From positions 152,274,001 to 152,338,000 of the forward strand of contig CM059431.1 of the NCBI GenBank assembly GCA_030390025.1: a DNA stretch of 64,000 nucleotides, written 5' to 3'. The notes beneath the pieces were generated by a model. The model did no database searches and had not been told where the DNA came from. It saw only the letters and a list, made by a program, of their open reading frames with translations. This DNA is from Squalus acanthias. Taxonomy: Eukaryota. Below are positions 22,857-35,219 of this stretch, piece after piece. The position numbers and the translations under genes are program-made. Each line of letters opens with the position of its first letter. Positions within the stretch are counted from its first letter, which is position 1.

Positions 22857-25800
22857 ATAGTTAGGGGAGCAGACAGGCGTTTCTGCGGCCGCAGACGTGA
22901 CTCCAGGATGGTATGTTGCCTCCCTGGTTCCCGGGTCAACGATGTCACTGAAAGCTGCAGGACATTCTGAGGGGGGAGGATGGACAGCCAGAGGTCGTGG
23001 TCCATATCGGAACCAACGACATAGGTAGGAAGAGGGATGAGATCCTGCAGTCAGAGTTTAGGGAGCTAGGAAAGAGGTTAAAAAGAAGCATCTCAGAGTT
23101 AGTAATCTCCGTAGTAATACCAGTGCCACGTGCTATTGAGTAGAGAAATATAAAGTGAGCCCAGATGAATGCAAAGCTGGACAGATGGTGTAGGAGGGAG
23201 GGCTTTAGTATCCTGAGGAATTGGAAACGTTTCTGGGGGAGGTGAGACCTCTGCAAGCCAGATGGGTTGCACCTCAACGGGAACGGGACCAATATCCTCA
23301 CGGAACGGGTTGCTAGTGCTGTTGGGGAGTGTTTAAACAAGCTTGGCAGGGTGATGGGAATCTAAGTATAGAGTCAATAGGGAGGGAAGAAAAAGTGGAA
23401 TTGGAAAACAAAAACGTAGAAAGTAGATTGGCTGGACAGAGGAATCAAGTGCTAGATAATAGTCAACAACGAGGTTTGCCTGTCCTAAATGGTATGTACT
23501 TCAATGCAAGGAGTATAGCGAAAAAGGCAGAAGAGCTGAGGGCACAGGTTAATAATTGGGACTAAGATATGATAGCTATTACAAAGACGTGGCTAAAAGA
23601 GGGCAAGTATGGCAGCTCAACATTCCTGGTTACAGGATTTTCAGCTGGGATAGAGAGGGAGGTAAAAAGGGAAGGGTTGGTCGCGGTATTGATTAAATAA
23701 ACTTTTACAGCTGTGAGGAGGGCTGATATTTTGGATGGATAAAACGAAGCCATATGGGTTAAATTGAAAAAAAAAATGGGCGATCACACTGTTGGGAGTG
23801 TATTACATACCCCCAAACAGTGAGAGGGAGATAGAAGAACAAATATGTGGACACATTTCGGAGAAGTGCAAAATCTATAGGGCAGTAATAGTAGGGGATT
23901 TGAACTACCGCAATATTAACTGGGATAAAATTAGTGTGAAGGGTATAGAGGGTGCGGAATTCCTAAAATGCATACAGGAGAACTTTTTAGTCAGTTTGTA
24001 GCAAGCCCAACAAGGGAGGGGGCGGTTCTGGACTTAGTTTTAGGGAATGAAGCTTGGGAAATAGAAGACGTATCAGTGGGGGAGCATTTTGGTGCTAGTG
24101 ACCATACTTCTGTTAGATTTAAGGTAGTTATGGAAAAGAACAAGGATAGACGAGGAATAAAAATTCTGGATTGGAGAAAAGTTAATTTTGCTAAGCTCAG
24201 AGGGGATTTAGCCATTGTCGACTGCAAACTGCTACTTGAAGGTAAATCAGTGTCAGAGCAGTGGGACTAATTCAAGGAGGAGATCTGGAGGGTTCAGACC
24301 AAATATGTGCCCTTAAAGATAAAAGGTCGGACTAACAAATCTAGAGCCCCTTGGATGTCTAGGGACATACAGGGTAGGATAAAGAAAGAAAGGGTGGCGT
24401 ATGAAATGTACCGAATTTTAAATACTCCAGAATCTTTACAGGAGTACAGAAAGTGCAGGGGTGCAATTAAAAAGTGTATTAGAAAAGCAAAGAGAGAGCA
24501 TGAAAAATTATAGGCAAGTAAAATCAAGGAAAACCCAAAGATGTTGTATAAATGTATTAAGAGTAAGAGGATAACTAAAGAAAGTGTTGGGCCTATTAGA
24601 GATCATGAGGGTAATCTGTGGGTGGAGGCGGGCGACGTCGGTAGGGTTCTTAATGATTACTTTGCGTCTGTTTTCACAAAGGAGAGGGCCAAAGCAGACA
24701 TTTCTATGAGTGGGGAGGAGTGTAAAAGATTAGATGAAATAAACATAGTGAGGGAGGAGGTATTAAGGGGTTTAACAGATTTAAAAATGGATAAATCATC
24801 AGGGCCAGATGAATGTACCCCAGGCTGTTAAGCGACGCAAAAGAGGAAATAGCAGATACCCTGAGCATCATTTTTCAATCCTCTCTGGTTTCAGGTTTGG
24901 TGCCGGAGGACAGGAGGACTGCTAATGTGGTACCCTTGTTTAACAAGGGAGAAAAGCATAGACCAACTAATTACAGGCCAGTCACCCTAACCTCGGTGGT
25001 GGGTAAATTATTGGAAATAATTCTGAATAACAGTCTAAATGTTCATTTAGAAAGACATGGATTAATCATGGATAGTCAGCACGGATTTGTTGAGGGAAGG
25101 TCGTGTCTGACACACTTGATTGAATTTATTGAGTAAGTAACAAGAAGGGTACATGAGGGTTGTGCGTTTGATGTAGTTTATATGGATTTTGGTAGGCTTT
25201 TGATACGTTTCCACATGGCAGACTGGTCACGAAGTAAAAAGCCCGTGTGATCCAGGGCAAAGTTTCAACTTGGATTCAAAACTGGCTCGGAGACAGGAAG
25301 CAGAGGCTAATGGTTGATGAGTGTTTTTGTGACAGGAAGGCTGTTTCCAGTGTGGTTCCGCAGGGCTCAGTAATAGGTTCCTTGCTTTTTGTGGTATATG
25401 TCAATGAACTACACTTTAATATAGGGGGTATGATTAAGAAGTTTGCAGATGATACTAAAATCGGCTGTGTTGTTGATACTGAAGATGAAAGCTGTAGACT
25501 GCAGGAGGATATCAATAATTTGTTCAGGTGGGCAGAACAGTGCCAAATGGAATTCAATCCGGGAAGTGTGAGGTCATCCATTTGGGGCGGGTTAACAAGG
25601 AAAGGATATACACATTAAATGGTAGGACACTGAGTAGTGTGGAGGAACAAAGGGACCTTGGAGTGCATGTCCACAAATCGCTGAAGTTTGCAGTCCAGGT
25701 AGATAAGGTGGTTAAGAAGGTATACGGAATGCTTAATTTATTAGCCGTGGCATAAAATACAAGAGCGGGGGGGGTTATGCTTCAACTGTATAAAACGCTA

Positions 25801-26368
25801 GTTGTGCCTCATCTAGAGTACTGTGTCCAGTTCTGGTCACCACATTACAGGAAAGATGTGATTGAACTAGAGAGGGTACAGAGGAAATTTACAAGGATTT
25901 TGCCGGGAGAGCAGAATATTAGCTATGACGAAAGACTGGATAGGCTGTGTCTGTTTTCCTTGGAACAGAAGAGGCTGAGGTGAGACATTATTGAGGTGTC
26001 CAAAATTATGAGGGGCATAGATAAAGTGGATAGAAATGACCTATTTCCCTCAGAAGAGCGGTCAAAAACCAGGCGGCACAGATTTACAGTAATTGGTGGA
26101 AGGTTTAGAGGGGATTTGAGGGGAAATTTCTTCAGCCAGAGGATTGTGAGGGTCTGGAACTCAGTACCTGAAATGGTGGTAGAGGCAGGAACCCTAACTA
26201 CATTTAAAAAGTACTTGGATGTGCACTTGGGATGCTCTAACCTGCAGGGCTACGGAGCAAGAGCTGGGAAGTGGGATTAGGATGGATAGCTCTTTGTTGG
26301 CTGGCGTGGACACGATGGGCCGAAATGGCCTCCTTCCGTGCTGTAACTTACGATGATTCTATGATTAT
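22857..26368 (+). mobile_element. Long CR1 LINE (ORF1 esterase C-part + ORF2 EN/RT), decayed, nested in another CR1
   Basis: CLPG..VVHIGTND (SGNH esterase-like ORF1), YFNARSI, PQGSV, FADDTK, ctatgatt tail. Confidence 0.93.
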
Positions 26369-26371
26369 ATG

Positions 26372-26650
26372 ACCCACAAAAACTCTAATAAATTTGTCAA
26401 ACACGAGTTCCCTTTCATAAAACCATGTTGACTCTACCTAATTATCTTATGGTATTCTAACTGCCCTGACACCACTTCCTTAACAATGGTTTCCAGCATT
26501 TTGCCAACGACTCATGTCAGGCTAACTGTCCTGTAGTTCCCTGGTTTCTCTCACCGTGCTTTCTTGAATAGCGGTGTTACATTTGCTACCTTCCAAATCA
26601 CTAAGACCGTTCTAGAATCTACGGAATTTTGGAAGATCAAAGCCATTCCA
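26372..26650 (-). mobile_element. Continuation of host CR1 21910-22855
   Basis: HGFMKG..CLTNL region on the minus strand. Confidence 0.75.
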
Positions 26651-26795
26651 TCCGTCTTTCAGATGAGACATGAAACGGAGGCCCTGTCTGCTCTCTCAGG
26701 TGGACGTAAATGATCCCATGTTACTATTTCGAAGAAGGGCAGTGGAGTTATCCCCGGTGTCCTGGCCAATATTTATCCCTCAACCAACATGACAT
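26651..26795 (+). mobile_element. DeuSINE (SacSINE1/AmnSINE-like) core fragment
   Basis: GATCCCATG..CTATTTCGAAGAAG..CCCCGGTGTCCTGGCCAA Deu-domain-like motif; paralog at 53031-53170. Confidence 0.7.
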
Positions 26796-26964
26796 AATAT
26801 TTGTTGAATGTTTGTCACAACAACTGTTTTTTCAAATATAATTCTAATATTTTGCTAAAATATTTGAAAAATTTGTAAGCAAGCCTGCTTCTTCTGATAG
26901 GTTATTTTCTAAATTCACTGCTTTCAAGAGTAAATGATGTGTTGTATTAATTGGCAATAGGCAA

Positions 26965-27036
26965 CGCCTTACCAGGGATTTGAGCTCTTTCCCTCAGATT
27001 AAAAGGCTGATGTTATACCGACTGAGCTATCCGGTC
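26965..27036 (-). pseudogene. tRNA-Lys(UUU) pseudogene
   Basis: ccctcagattaaaag..tgatg..taccgactgagctatccgg. Confidence 0.8.
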
Positions 27037-27350
27037 TCATGCACCGAATGTAACACAGAGGCCTTCACCAGCCGACAGTGAACCTTACATCGTTGATATC
27101 CTTCAGTATTGAACACTTCAGTGCAGCGCATTTTCTCGCACACCCACACGTTACAGATACCCTGACTGCCCCCGCACCACATCCAACACCTACATGCTCT
27201 ATAATGTGTTGTTCTGTGGTGCTGCGTGACTGAAAGGAAAAAAAATATAATATTAAGCTAACTGCTACTCTTAAGGTAACTGCGAAGATGTGCACAACAT
27301 GTCAGTAACAAACCCATTAGGAAATCTCTCCAAAAGCAGGCACTGCGAAC

Positions 27351-27892
27351 AAAAGAAAATAAGAACAAAATAAATAGGAGCAGAGTAGTAGGCCATTCGG
27401 CCCCTCGAGCCTACACCGCCATTCATGAGTTCATGGCTGAGCTTCTGCCTCAATTCCATTCACCGGACTTATCGCCATATCCCTTGATGCACTTACTCGT
27501 CAGAAGTCTATCGACTTCTGTTTTGAATGTACCCCCAGCCCTCTGGGGTAGATAACTCCAAAGATTCACCAACCTCTGTGTGAAGAATTTTCATCTCATC
27601 TCAGTCCTGAATGGACAACCCTTTATACTGCGGCTGTGGCACCTAGTTCTAGACTCCCCATCAAAGGAAAACATTCTCCCAGCTTCCAACCTATGAATCC
27701 CTGTAATAATGTTGTATGATTCAATGAGATCCCCTCTGATTCTTCTGAATTCAAGAGAATATAGGCCGAGTTTACTCAATCTCTTCTCATACGACGGTCC
27801 CGCCATCCAAGGAATCAATAGCGTGAAAATTCGTTGCACTCCAACTATGGCAAGTATATCCTTCCTTAGGTAAGGAGAACAAAATTGTACAC
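27351..27892 (-). mobile_element. Short CR1 3' insertion specific to cassette B
   Basis: RT C-terminus and 3' UTR; AAC duplicated at both ends; empty site at ~53718-53720. Confidence 0.85.
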
Positions 27893-28029
27893 AACTGGGA
27901 GAGCAAGGCGGAACAAGGACAGGGGTCGGGGGGAAATGCAAGCAAAGCTTGAAAGGCAACACTGTGCAAAAATTAGAAAACAGCATATGGGATCTTTGTC
28001 ATTATTGTCAGAGGTATCAAGTGGAAAAG

Positions 28030-28490
28030 CCAAACCTTTATAAAACACTGCTGAGCCCAAAGCTGGTGTATTGTGTTCAATTCTGGGCACCACACTTTAG
28101 GAAGGATTTAGGGTTTAGAGGAGATTTACGGGCATGGTACCAGGGATGAGGGACTTCATCTACGTGGACAGACGAGAGAAATTGGGGATTCTCGCCTTCG
28201 AGCAGAGATGGTTAAAAGATTAATCTCAATGTTCAAAATTATGAGGCGTTTTGATAGAGTAAATAAGAAGAATCTGTTTCCAGTGTTCGATAGGTGGGTA
28301 ACCAGAGGACACAGACGTCAGGTGATAGGCAAAAGACCCAGCAGAAGATGAGTAGAACTTGTTGTACACACTTGTTGTTATGATCTGGAATGCACTTCAT
28401 TCTCTTTTGAATGTTACTATTGAATCTGCTCCCACCACACTTGCAGGCAGTGCATTCCAGATCACAATAACTAATTGTGTAAAAAAAAAT
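28030..28490 (+). mobile_element. Old CR1 fragments (direct piece plus a short inverted piece)
   Basis: LYKTL..YCVQFWAPHFRKD; paralog at 53870-54330. Confidence 0.7.
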
Positions 28491-28723
28491 TACAATCATC
28501 TTCATCTGTGCCCACTATGATTCTATGATATTTGTGTTTCGTGGGGCTGCATGAAGATAAGAATTAATCATCTCGAAAATGCCGCTCAATGTCCCTTAAA
28601 GCACTGCTTTTGGAAAACAAGCTCTATTTAAATCATCAGGATGTGTTAATGGGATCCACGTGAATTGCTTGTGTTTAAGGGGTTGCGGGAAAGATGAAAT
28701 TGAGAATTTTCTTTTAAAAACAT

Positions 28724-28796
28724 CGGCCAAACAGCAACTTGAACACTGGATTCTCACGTTAAATATCGGATGTTCAATCGCCTGAGCGATCTTGGA
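28724..28796 (-). pseudogene. tRNA-Lys-derived relic
   Basis: aacagcaacttgaacactgga..ttaaa..gcctgagcgatc. Confidence 0.6.
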
Positions 28797-29489
28797 TCGC
28801 ACCCTTAGTATAACACAGCGACCTCCACTGGCTGCCATGGAACATTAAATCGTTCACATCCTGCATTTCCTGCTGCAGTAATCCCTTCTGTCGAGGGATT
28901 TTCTCTCATACACACACTCTCACTGCCTCCCAAAGGCTTCACTTCATAAATACACTCATCCACCCTTCCCCAGCATCTACAAGCACTTCGATATTTTGGA
29001 TTTTATGGGGTTGCGTTGGTAAAAGTAAAAGTTGATAATCTTGAGCTACCCTGAAACTTTAGAGCCATTGCAAAGTTTTGCAATGTATGTGAGTATCAGA
29101 CCCATTCGGAAACCCTTCCAAAAGCGTGCACTGGGAACTGGGTGACCAAGACTAAACACGGCCGGGGGGCAAATACAAACAAACCTTCAAAAGCAACCCT
29201 GTGCGAAAAAGGGAAAAGAGCGTAAAAACATAAGAATTAGGAGCAGGAGTAGGCCATATGGCCCCTCGAGCCTGCTCCGCCATTCTATGAGATCATGGCT
29301 GATCTTCGACCTCAACTCCATTTCCACGCCCGAATCTGATATCCTTGATTTCCGACAACAAATCAGTTTTTTTCAAATGTAATATATATTCTGATATTAT
29401 CTTGCGACATTTTAAAATTTTGCAGGTGCACTTGATAGGGTAATTTCCAAAGACACGGCTTTCAAGTGTAAATTGTTTTCGGCTTCATT

Positions 29490-29560
29490 GAATAACAGGG
29501 ACATGAACCCTGAACCATCAGAATAAAAGTCTCATGTTCCACCGATTAAGCGAACTACGA
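29490..29560 (-). pseudogene. tRNA-Lys-derived relic
   Basis: aacagggacatgaaccctgaaccatcagaataaaagtctcatg. Confidence 0.65.
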
Positions 29561-30224
29561 CCAAACGCTTAACGTTGACCAACGACCTACCTGGACTGAT
29601 ATTGAAAATTACACTGTTCACATTCTGCATTTCCTTCTGCAGTCACCCGGTCTGTGCAGCGCAACCACTCTCAATACCTTCCACAGGCTTCACTTCACAA
29701 AGACTCTCCTCCGCACACGCACACCACCATCTGCACGCACTTTTATGTTTTGCTTTTAACGGGGCTGAGCGATTGAAGGGAAAAATTTGGTAATCTTGAG
29801 CTAACTGCAACTTTAAGGTCAGTGCGAATATGTGCTTAAACTGTCAGCAGCAGACTCATTCGGAAATCCGTCCAAATGCGTGCACTGGGTACTGGGTGAG
29901 CAAAGCTTCAAAAGGTACCCGAGAAATAGGAGCAGGAGAAGGCCAGTCGGCCCCTCGAGCCTGCTACGCAATTCAATATGATCATGGCTGATGTTTCATA
30001 GGATATACGGCACAGAAACAGGCCTTTTCCTGCTGTGCAAATCAAACTCATTATTACGTGTTAAATGTTTACCACAAGACCTGATTTTTCAATTACAATT
30101 TATTTCCTTATATTGTTTTAATATATCTTCAGATTTTCCAAGCAAGCCTGATTCCTTTGTCAGGGTATTTTCTATTGGCACTGTTTCAAGTGTAATGTGT
30201 GTGTGGTCTTCATTGATAAAAGCA

Positions 30225-30297
30225 ACGCAAAAACAGGGACTTGAACACTGGACCCATCAGATTAAACTTCTGATACAGAATTATTGAACTTATTCAA
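30225..30297 (-). pseudogene. tRNA-Lys-derived relic
   Basis: aacagggacttgaacactggacccatcagattaaa. Confidence 0.65.
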
Positions 30298-30534
30298 CAT
30301 TAAACAACTTTACAACATCCTGAGCATTCCTTTGTACCATACAATAATTCACTTACTAGTTTTTAGCTCTCGAAATTAAAGTCATCATAAGAGACATCAA
30401 CGACATTGTTATTATTCAGTTTTACTGTACTTCCCTTTACCGTTTATTAGCTACAGAAATTAATGTTCAATATGTCGCCCAACACATATCTTAATTTACT
30501 GAACTTCAAAAACGGTTCAAGAAATGTCATTCTA

Positions 30535-31478
30535 AATAAAGGAATAACAAGGGCAGAAAACATTGGTAGGATTAGTATATAGGACCCCTAACAGTAGCTA
30601 TACAGTTGGACAGTATATTGTCACGAAATCGAAGGAACTTGCAACAAAGTTAATGCAATAATCGTGTGGTACATTAATTTTCATATAGACTGGACAAAAA
30701 AAATTGGCTAAGTTAGTCTGAAAGACGAGTTCATGGAATGCTTTCGGGATAGGTTCCTTGAACAGTATCTCAGGAACCAACGAGGGAACAGTGTAATTTG
30801 GATCGTGTACAGTGTAATGAGACAGGGTTAATTCGCAATCTCATAGTAAAGGATCCTCTGGGGCAGAGAGATCATAATATGATAGAATTTCACGTTTGTT
30901 TGAGAGTGACATGCCTGAGTCCGAAACTAGAGTCTTAAACTGAAATGAAGACAATTATATAGGTATGAGGGGCGAGTTGGCTAAGGTAGATTGGAAAAAA
31001 TAGATTAAAAGCTGTAGATTACCAGTAGCTAGCATTTAAATAAATATTTCATAAAACTCAAATAAAAACAATCCATTGAGAAATAAGAACTCCACGGAAA
31101 AAGTGATACATCTATGGCGAACAAAATAAGTTAAGGATAGCATTAAATTGAAAGCAGAAGCTTGTAATGTTGCGAAGAATAGTAGTAAGCCTGAGGATTG
31201 GAAGAGTTTCAGAAAACAGCAAAGGATGTCCAAAAAAATTGATAAAACGGAAAAAATGGAATGAAAGAAAAATAGCAAGGAATAGAAAAAACAGATTGTA
31301 AGAGCTTCTACAATTATTTAAAGAGGAAGAGCGTAGCAAAAGTAAACGTTGGTCCATTAGAGGTTGAGACAGGAGAAATTATTATGGGAAATCAGGAAAT
31401 GGCAGCATCGTTAAAAAAATATTTTGTATCTGTCTTCAGAGTAGAAGACATCAAAAGCATACAAAAATGGTGGGGAAC
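30535..31478 (+). mobile_element. CR1 ORF2 N-terminal fragment, cut at the cassette B breakpoint
   Basis: Endonuclease-region similarity; continues in the paralog at 59280-61436. Confidence 0.8.
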
Positions 31479-31679
31479 ATTAATATATACCGACTGAGCT
31501 ACATGGCCGCAAATCATTATCATAATGCAGTGAACTACCCTGGCTGCAATGGAACATTGCATCGTGCAAATGCTGCATTTCCGTCAGCAGTGATCCCGTA
31601 TGTACAGGGCTTTTCTCACACGCACACACTCATTGCCTCACGCAGGCATCACTTCAGAAATATTTGTCCCGCCACCAAC

Positions 31680-32738
31680 TACATTAAGAGCAATAGGATA
31701 ACTAAAGAAAAAGTACGGCCATTGAGAGACCATGAAGGTAACCTGTGTGTGGAGGCGGAAGACATGGGTATGGTTCTTAATTAATACATTGTGTCTATTG
31801 TCACAAAAGAGAGGGGGGATCCATACATCGCAATCAGGGTTGAGGACTGTGAAAAATTAGATTTAATAAACATAGTGAGAGAGGATGTATTAAGGGGCCT
31901 AGCAGCGTTTAAAGTACATCAATTCACAAGCCCGGTTGAAATGTATCCCAGGCTGTTAAGAAAAGCAAACGATGAAATAGCAGAGGCTCTGTCCATTATT
32001 TTCCAATCTATGCTGGCAACAGGTGAGGTGCCGAAGGACTGGAGGACTGCTAATGTTGTACCTTTGTTTAAAAAGGGAGAAAGGGATAGACCGACTAATT
32101 ATAGGCCAGTCATCCTAACCTCGGTGTTGGGAAAATTATTGGAAAAAATGTTGAGGGAGAGGATAAATCTTCATTTAGAAAGAGACGGATTTATCAAGGA
32201 CAGTCAGCAGGGATTTAAAAGGGAAGGTCGTGTCTGACTTGATTGAAATATTTGAGTTGTTAACAATGAGGATCAATGAGGGTAGTGCGTTTGATGTAGT
32301 CTATATGGACTTTCGCATGGATTTTGAGAAGGTCCCACGTTGCAGATTGGTCACGAAATAAAAACCCATGGGATCAAGAGCAAAGTGGCAAGTTGGATTC
32401 AAAATTATCTCAGAGGTAGGAAGCAAAGGATAATGGTTGATGTGTGTTTTTGTGACTGGAAGGCTGTTTCCAGTATGGTTTCGCAGGGCTCAGTACTGGG
32501 TCTCTGCCTTTTTGTGAAGCGAAGCAAAAGAGGAAATAGCAGAGGCCCTGACCATTTTTTTTCAATCCGCTCTGGCTGCAGGTGTGGTGCTGGAGGACTG
32601 CTAATGTGGTACCCGTGTTTAAAAAGGGAGAAAGGGATAGACCGAGTAATTATAGGCCAGTCATCCTAACTTCGATGTTGGGAAAATTATTGGAAAAAAA
32701 ATTGAATGACAGGGTAAATCTTCATTTAGAAACACATG
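31680..32738 (+). mobile_element. CR1 ORF2 fragments with an internal repeat (32516-32738 repeats ~31960-32185)
   Basis: WRTANVVPxFKKGERDRPxNYRPV occurs twice. Confidence 0.85.
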
Positions 32739-32739
32739 G

Positions 32740-32967
32740 CTCCCTCTCCCGCTTTCTCTCTCCCGCTTACTCTCTTTCTCTCTCTCCCCCTCTTTTCTAT
32801 CTCTCTATCTTTCTCTCCCTTTTTTTTCTCACTTACACACTTTCTCTCTCCTACTCTTTATCTCTCTCCCACTCTTTCTCTCTCTCATTCTCTTTCTCTG
32901 TCTCCCGTTCTTGCTCTCACTCCTACTTTCAATCGCTCTCTATCTCTCTCTCTCACTCTCTCACTCT
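32740..32967. repeat. Imperfect (CT)n pyrimidine microsatellite
   Basis: ~230 bp CT-rich tract. Confidence 0.95.
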
Positions 32968-34250
32968 ATAGTCATAGGAACATAGGAACAGGAGGAGGCC
33001 ATTCAGCCCGTCGAGCCTGTTTCACCATTCAATTAGATTATGGCTGATCTGTATCTTAACTCCTTTAATCCACCTTGGATCCGTAATCATTAATACCCTT
33101 ACCTAACAAAAATCTTTCAGTCTCATTTTTTTAAAATTTTCAATTGACCTCAATTACCCTCAACTAGTTATTGGGAGAGAGAGTTCCAGATTTCCAGTAA
33201 TTTTTGTATAAAGAACCGCTTCCTGACATCATCTCTGAACGGCCTAGCTCTAATTTAATGATTATACCCCCTTGTTCTAGACTCCCTCCACCAGAGGGAA
33301 GAGTTTCTCTCTATCTGCCCAATCAACTCCTTTGATCATCTTAAACAACTCACATAGATCGACACTTAATCTTTTGCATTAAATGCAATTTAATTCCTTT
33401 AGCCCTGGTATCATTCTGGTGAGTCTGCGTTGCAGCCCCTCCAAGGCCAATTTATTCTTCCTGAGGTGCGGTGCCCAGAACTGCGCGCAGTGCTCCAGAT
33501 GGGGTTTACCGGAGTTCTCTACAGCTGTAACATAAACACCACCTCTTGTATTCCAGCCCTCTTGAGATAAAACCAAATTTACATTAGCCTTTTTAATTAT
33601 TTTTTGTACCTGTCCACTAGCTTACAGTGAATTCAGTACTTGGACCACTGAATCTCTCTGATCATCTGCAGATGCTAGCTTGCTAACATCTCACCATTTA
33701 GAAAACACTCTGATCTGCCTTTGTTTTGTCCAAAGTAGATGACTTCGCATTTTCCCACGTTAAGCTCCATCTACCACAGTTTTGTCCACTCATTTAATTT
33801 ATCAATGAACCCTTGCAACTTTCTCCTCCCATCTGCATTATTTATTGTGGGACCTAACTTAGCGGCGTCAGCAAACTAAGATATATTGCTCTCTATTCCT
33901 TCGTCTAAGTCATTTAAAAATATATTGAAAAGCTGAGGCTACGCAGCTTTGCCAGGGAGACACCACTCGTCACATCCTGCCAATTTGAGCGTATATCCAT
34001 TACCCCTGCTCTGTCTCCGATCTCCTGAGCAATGACCTATCCAAGCCAAAAGTTTGCCTCCAATTCCATGCGCACTCATCTAAGTTAACAGTCTATTATG
34101 TGCAACCTTGGCAATGCCTTCTGTAGATCATATAAATAGCATCCATACCAACATGATTAACGACAACGTTAGTTAACTCCTCAAAGAAAATCAATTAGCT
34201 TCGTTAGACATTACTTAACTTTTAATAATCTATGTAGGCCTTCTCTCATA
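32968..34250 (-). mobile_element. Decayed CR1 3' portion
   Basis: PHLEHCAQFWAPHLRK; cataggaa tail at ~32973. Confidence 0.85.
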
Positions 34251-34305
34251 AAAGTTCTGGAATGGGCAAGGCAAACCAGATAGAGGAACTGAAAGTGGTT
34301 AATAT

Positions 34306-35219
34306 AATGACGTGGAGATGCCGGCGTTGGACAGGGGTGGACAAAAATGAGAAGTCGCACAACACCAGGTTATTGTCCAACAGATTTATTTAATTTTACA
34401 AGCTTTCGGAGCTGTTCGCTCCTTCTTCAGGTAGCATAGCTGTGAGAGAATCTCCCAGAATTCACAATATAAACACAGAAAAAATCTATTGAAATCTTTC
34501 CCTACATCAAAGACACACTAAGAGCACAGCCAAGACAATGAGATGTGTCCCAGGGGGTCCAACGTGTCAAAACACCTGCTGGCTGCATATCCTCTCCATT
34601 TGTGTTAGTCTTTTTAAAACAAAACCTGGAAAGACCGGCCATGATGTCAAGTCACGTTCTGTATCGTGACATGAACCCGATATCGCGATTGAGGCCATCC
34701 TCATGAGTGCGGAACTTGGCTATCAGTTTCTGCTCTATGATTTTGCGCTGTCGTGTATCCCGAAGGCCGCCTTGGAGAACGCTTACCCGCAGATCCGAGG
34801 CTGAATGCCCCTGACTGCTGAAGTGTTCCCCGACTGGGAGGCAACCCTCCTGCCTGGCGATTGTTGCGCGGTGTCCGTTCATACGTTGTCTCAGTGTCTG
34901 CATGGTCTCGCCGATGTACCATGCTCTGGAGCATCCTTTACTGCAACGTATCAGGTAGACAACGTTGGCCGAGTCACATGAGTATGTACCATGTACCTGG
35001 TGGGTAGTGTCCTCACGTGTGATGATGGTATCTGTGTCCATGATTTGGCATGTCTTGCAGAGGTTGCCGTGGCAGGGTTGTGTGTTGTCGTGGTTGCTGT
35101 TCTCCTGAAAGATGGGTATTCTGCTGCGAACGATGGTACTTTTGACCTTAGGCGGCTGCTTCAAGGCGAGTAGTGGAGGCGTGGGGATGGACTTAGCAAG
35201 GTGTTCGTCGTCATCGATG
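34306..35219 (-). mobile_element. Penelope-like retroelement, 5'-truncated (GIY-YIG endonuclease + pLTR)
   Basis: ORF 35227-34652 with NVVYLIRC..C..WYIGET..LRQRMNGHR..GLNRD; pLTR carries a hammerhead motif and an AATAAA-like signal. Confidence 0.92.
34397..34433 (-). ncRNA. Minimal type I hammerhead ribozyme in the Penelope pLTR
   Basis: Minus strand: tac-CUGAAGA-A-GGAGC-gaaca-GCUCC-GAAA-GC-UU-gta; core intact, stem II paired, palindromic AAGCUU helix III, stem I tac/gta. Confidence 0.75.

Larger units (their letters stand above)
16040..31478 (+). repeat. Direct segmental duplication (cassette B), partner ~43230-60224
   Basis: Colinear promoter, GPCR, CR1s, tRNA relics and SINE; offset exactly 27180 at exon 1; similarity ends at ggggaac (31478 / 60224). 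Confidence 0.93.

Noticed and set aside
21910..26650. Twin-priming 5' inversion of a single CR1
   Set aside because: The minus-strand element resumes at 26372 after the plus element's tail, so this is a nested insertion
32582..33047. Ser/Leu-rich ORFs
   Set aside because: Translation of the CT microsatellite
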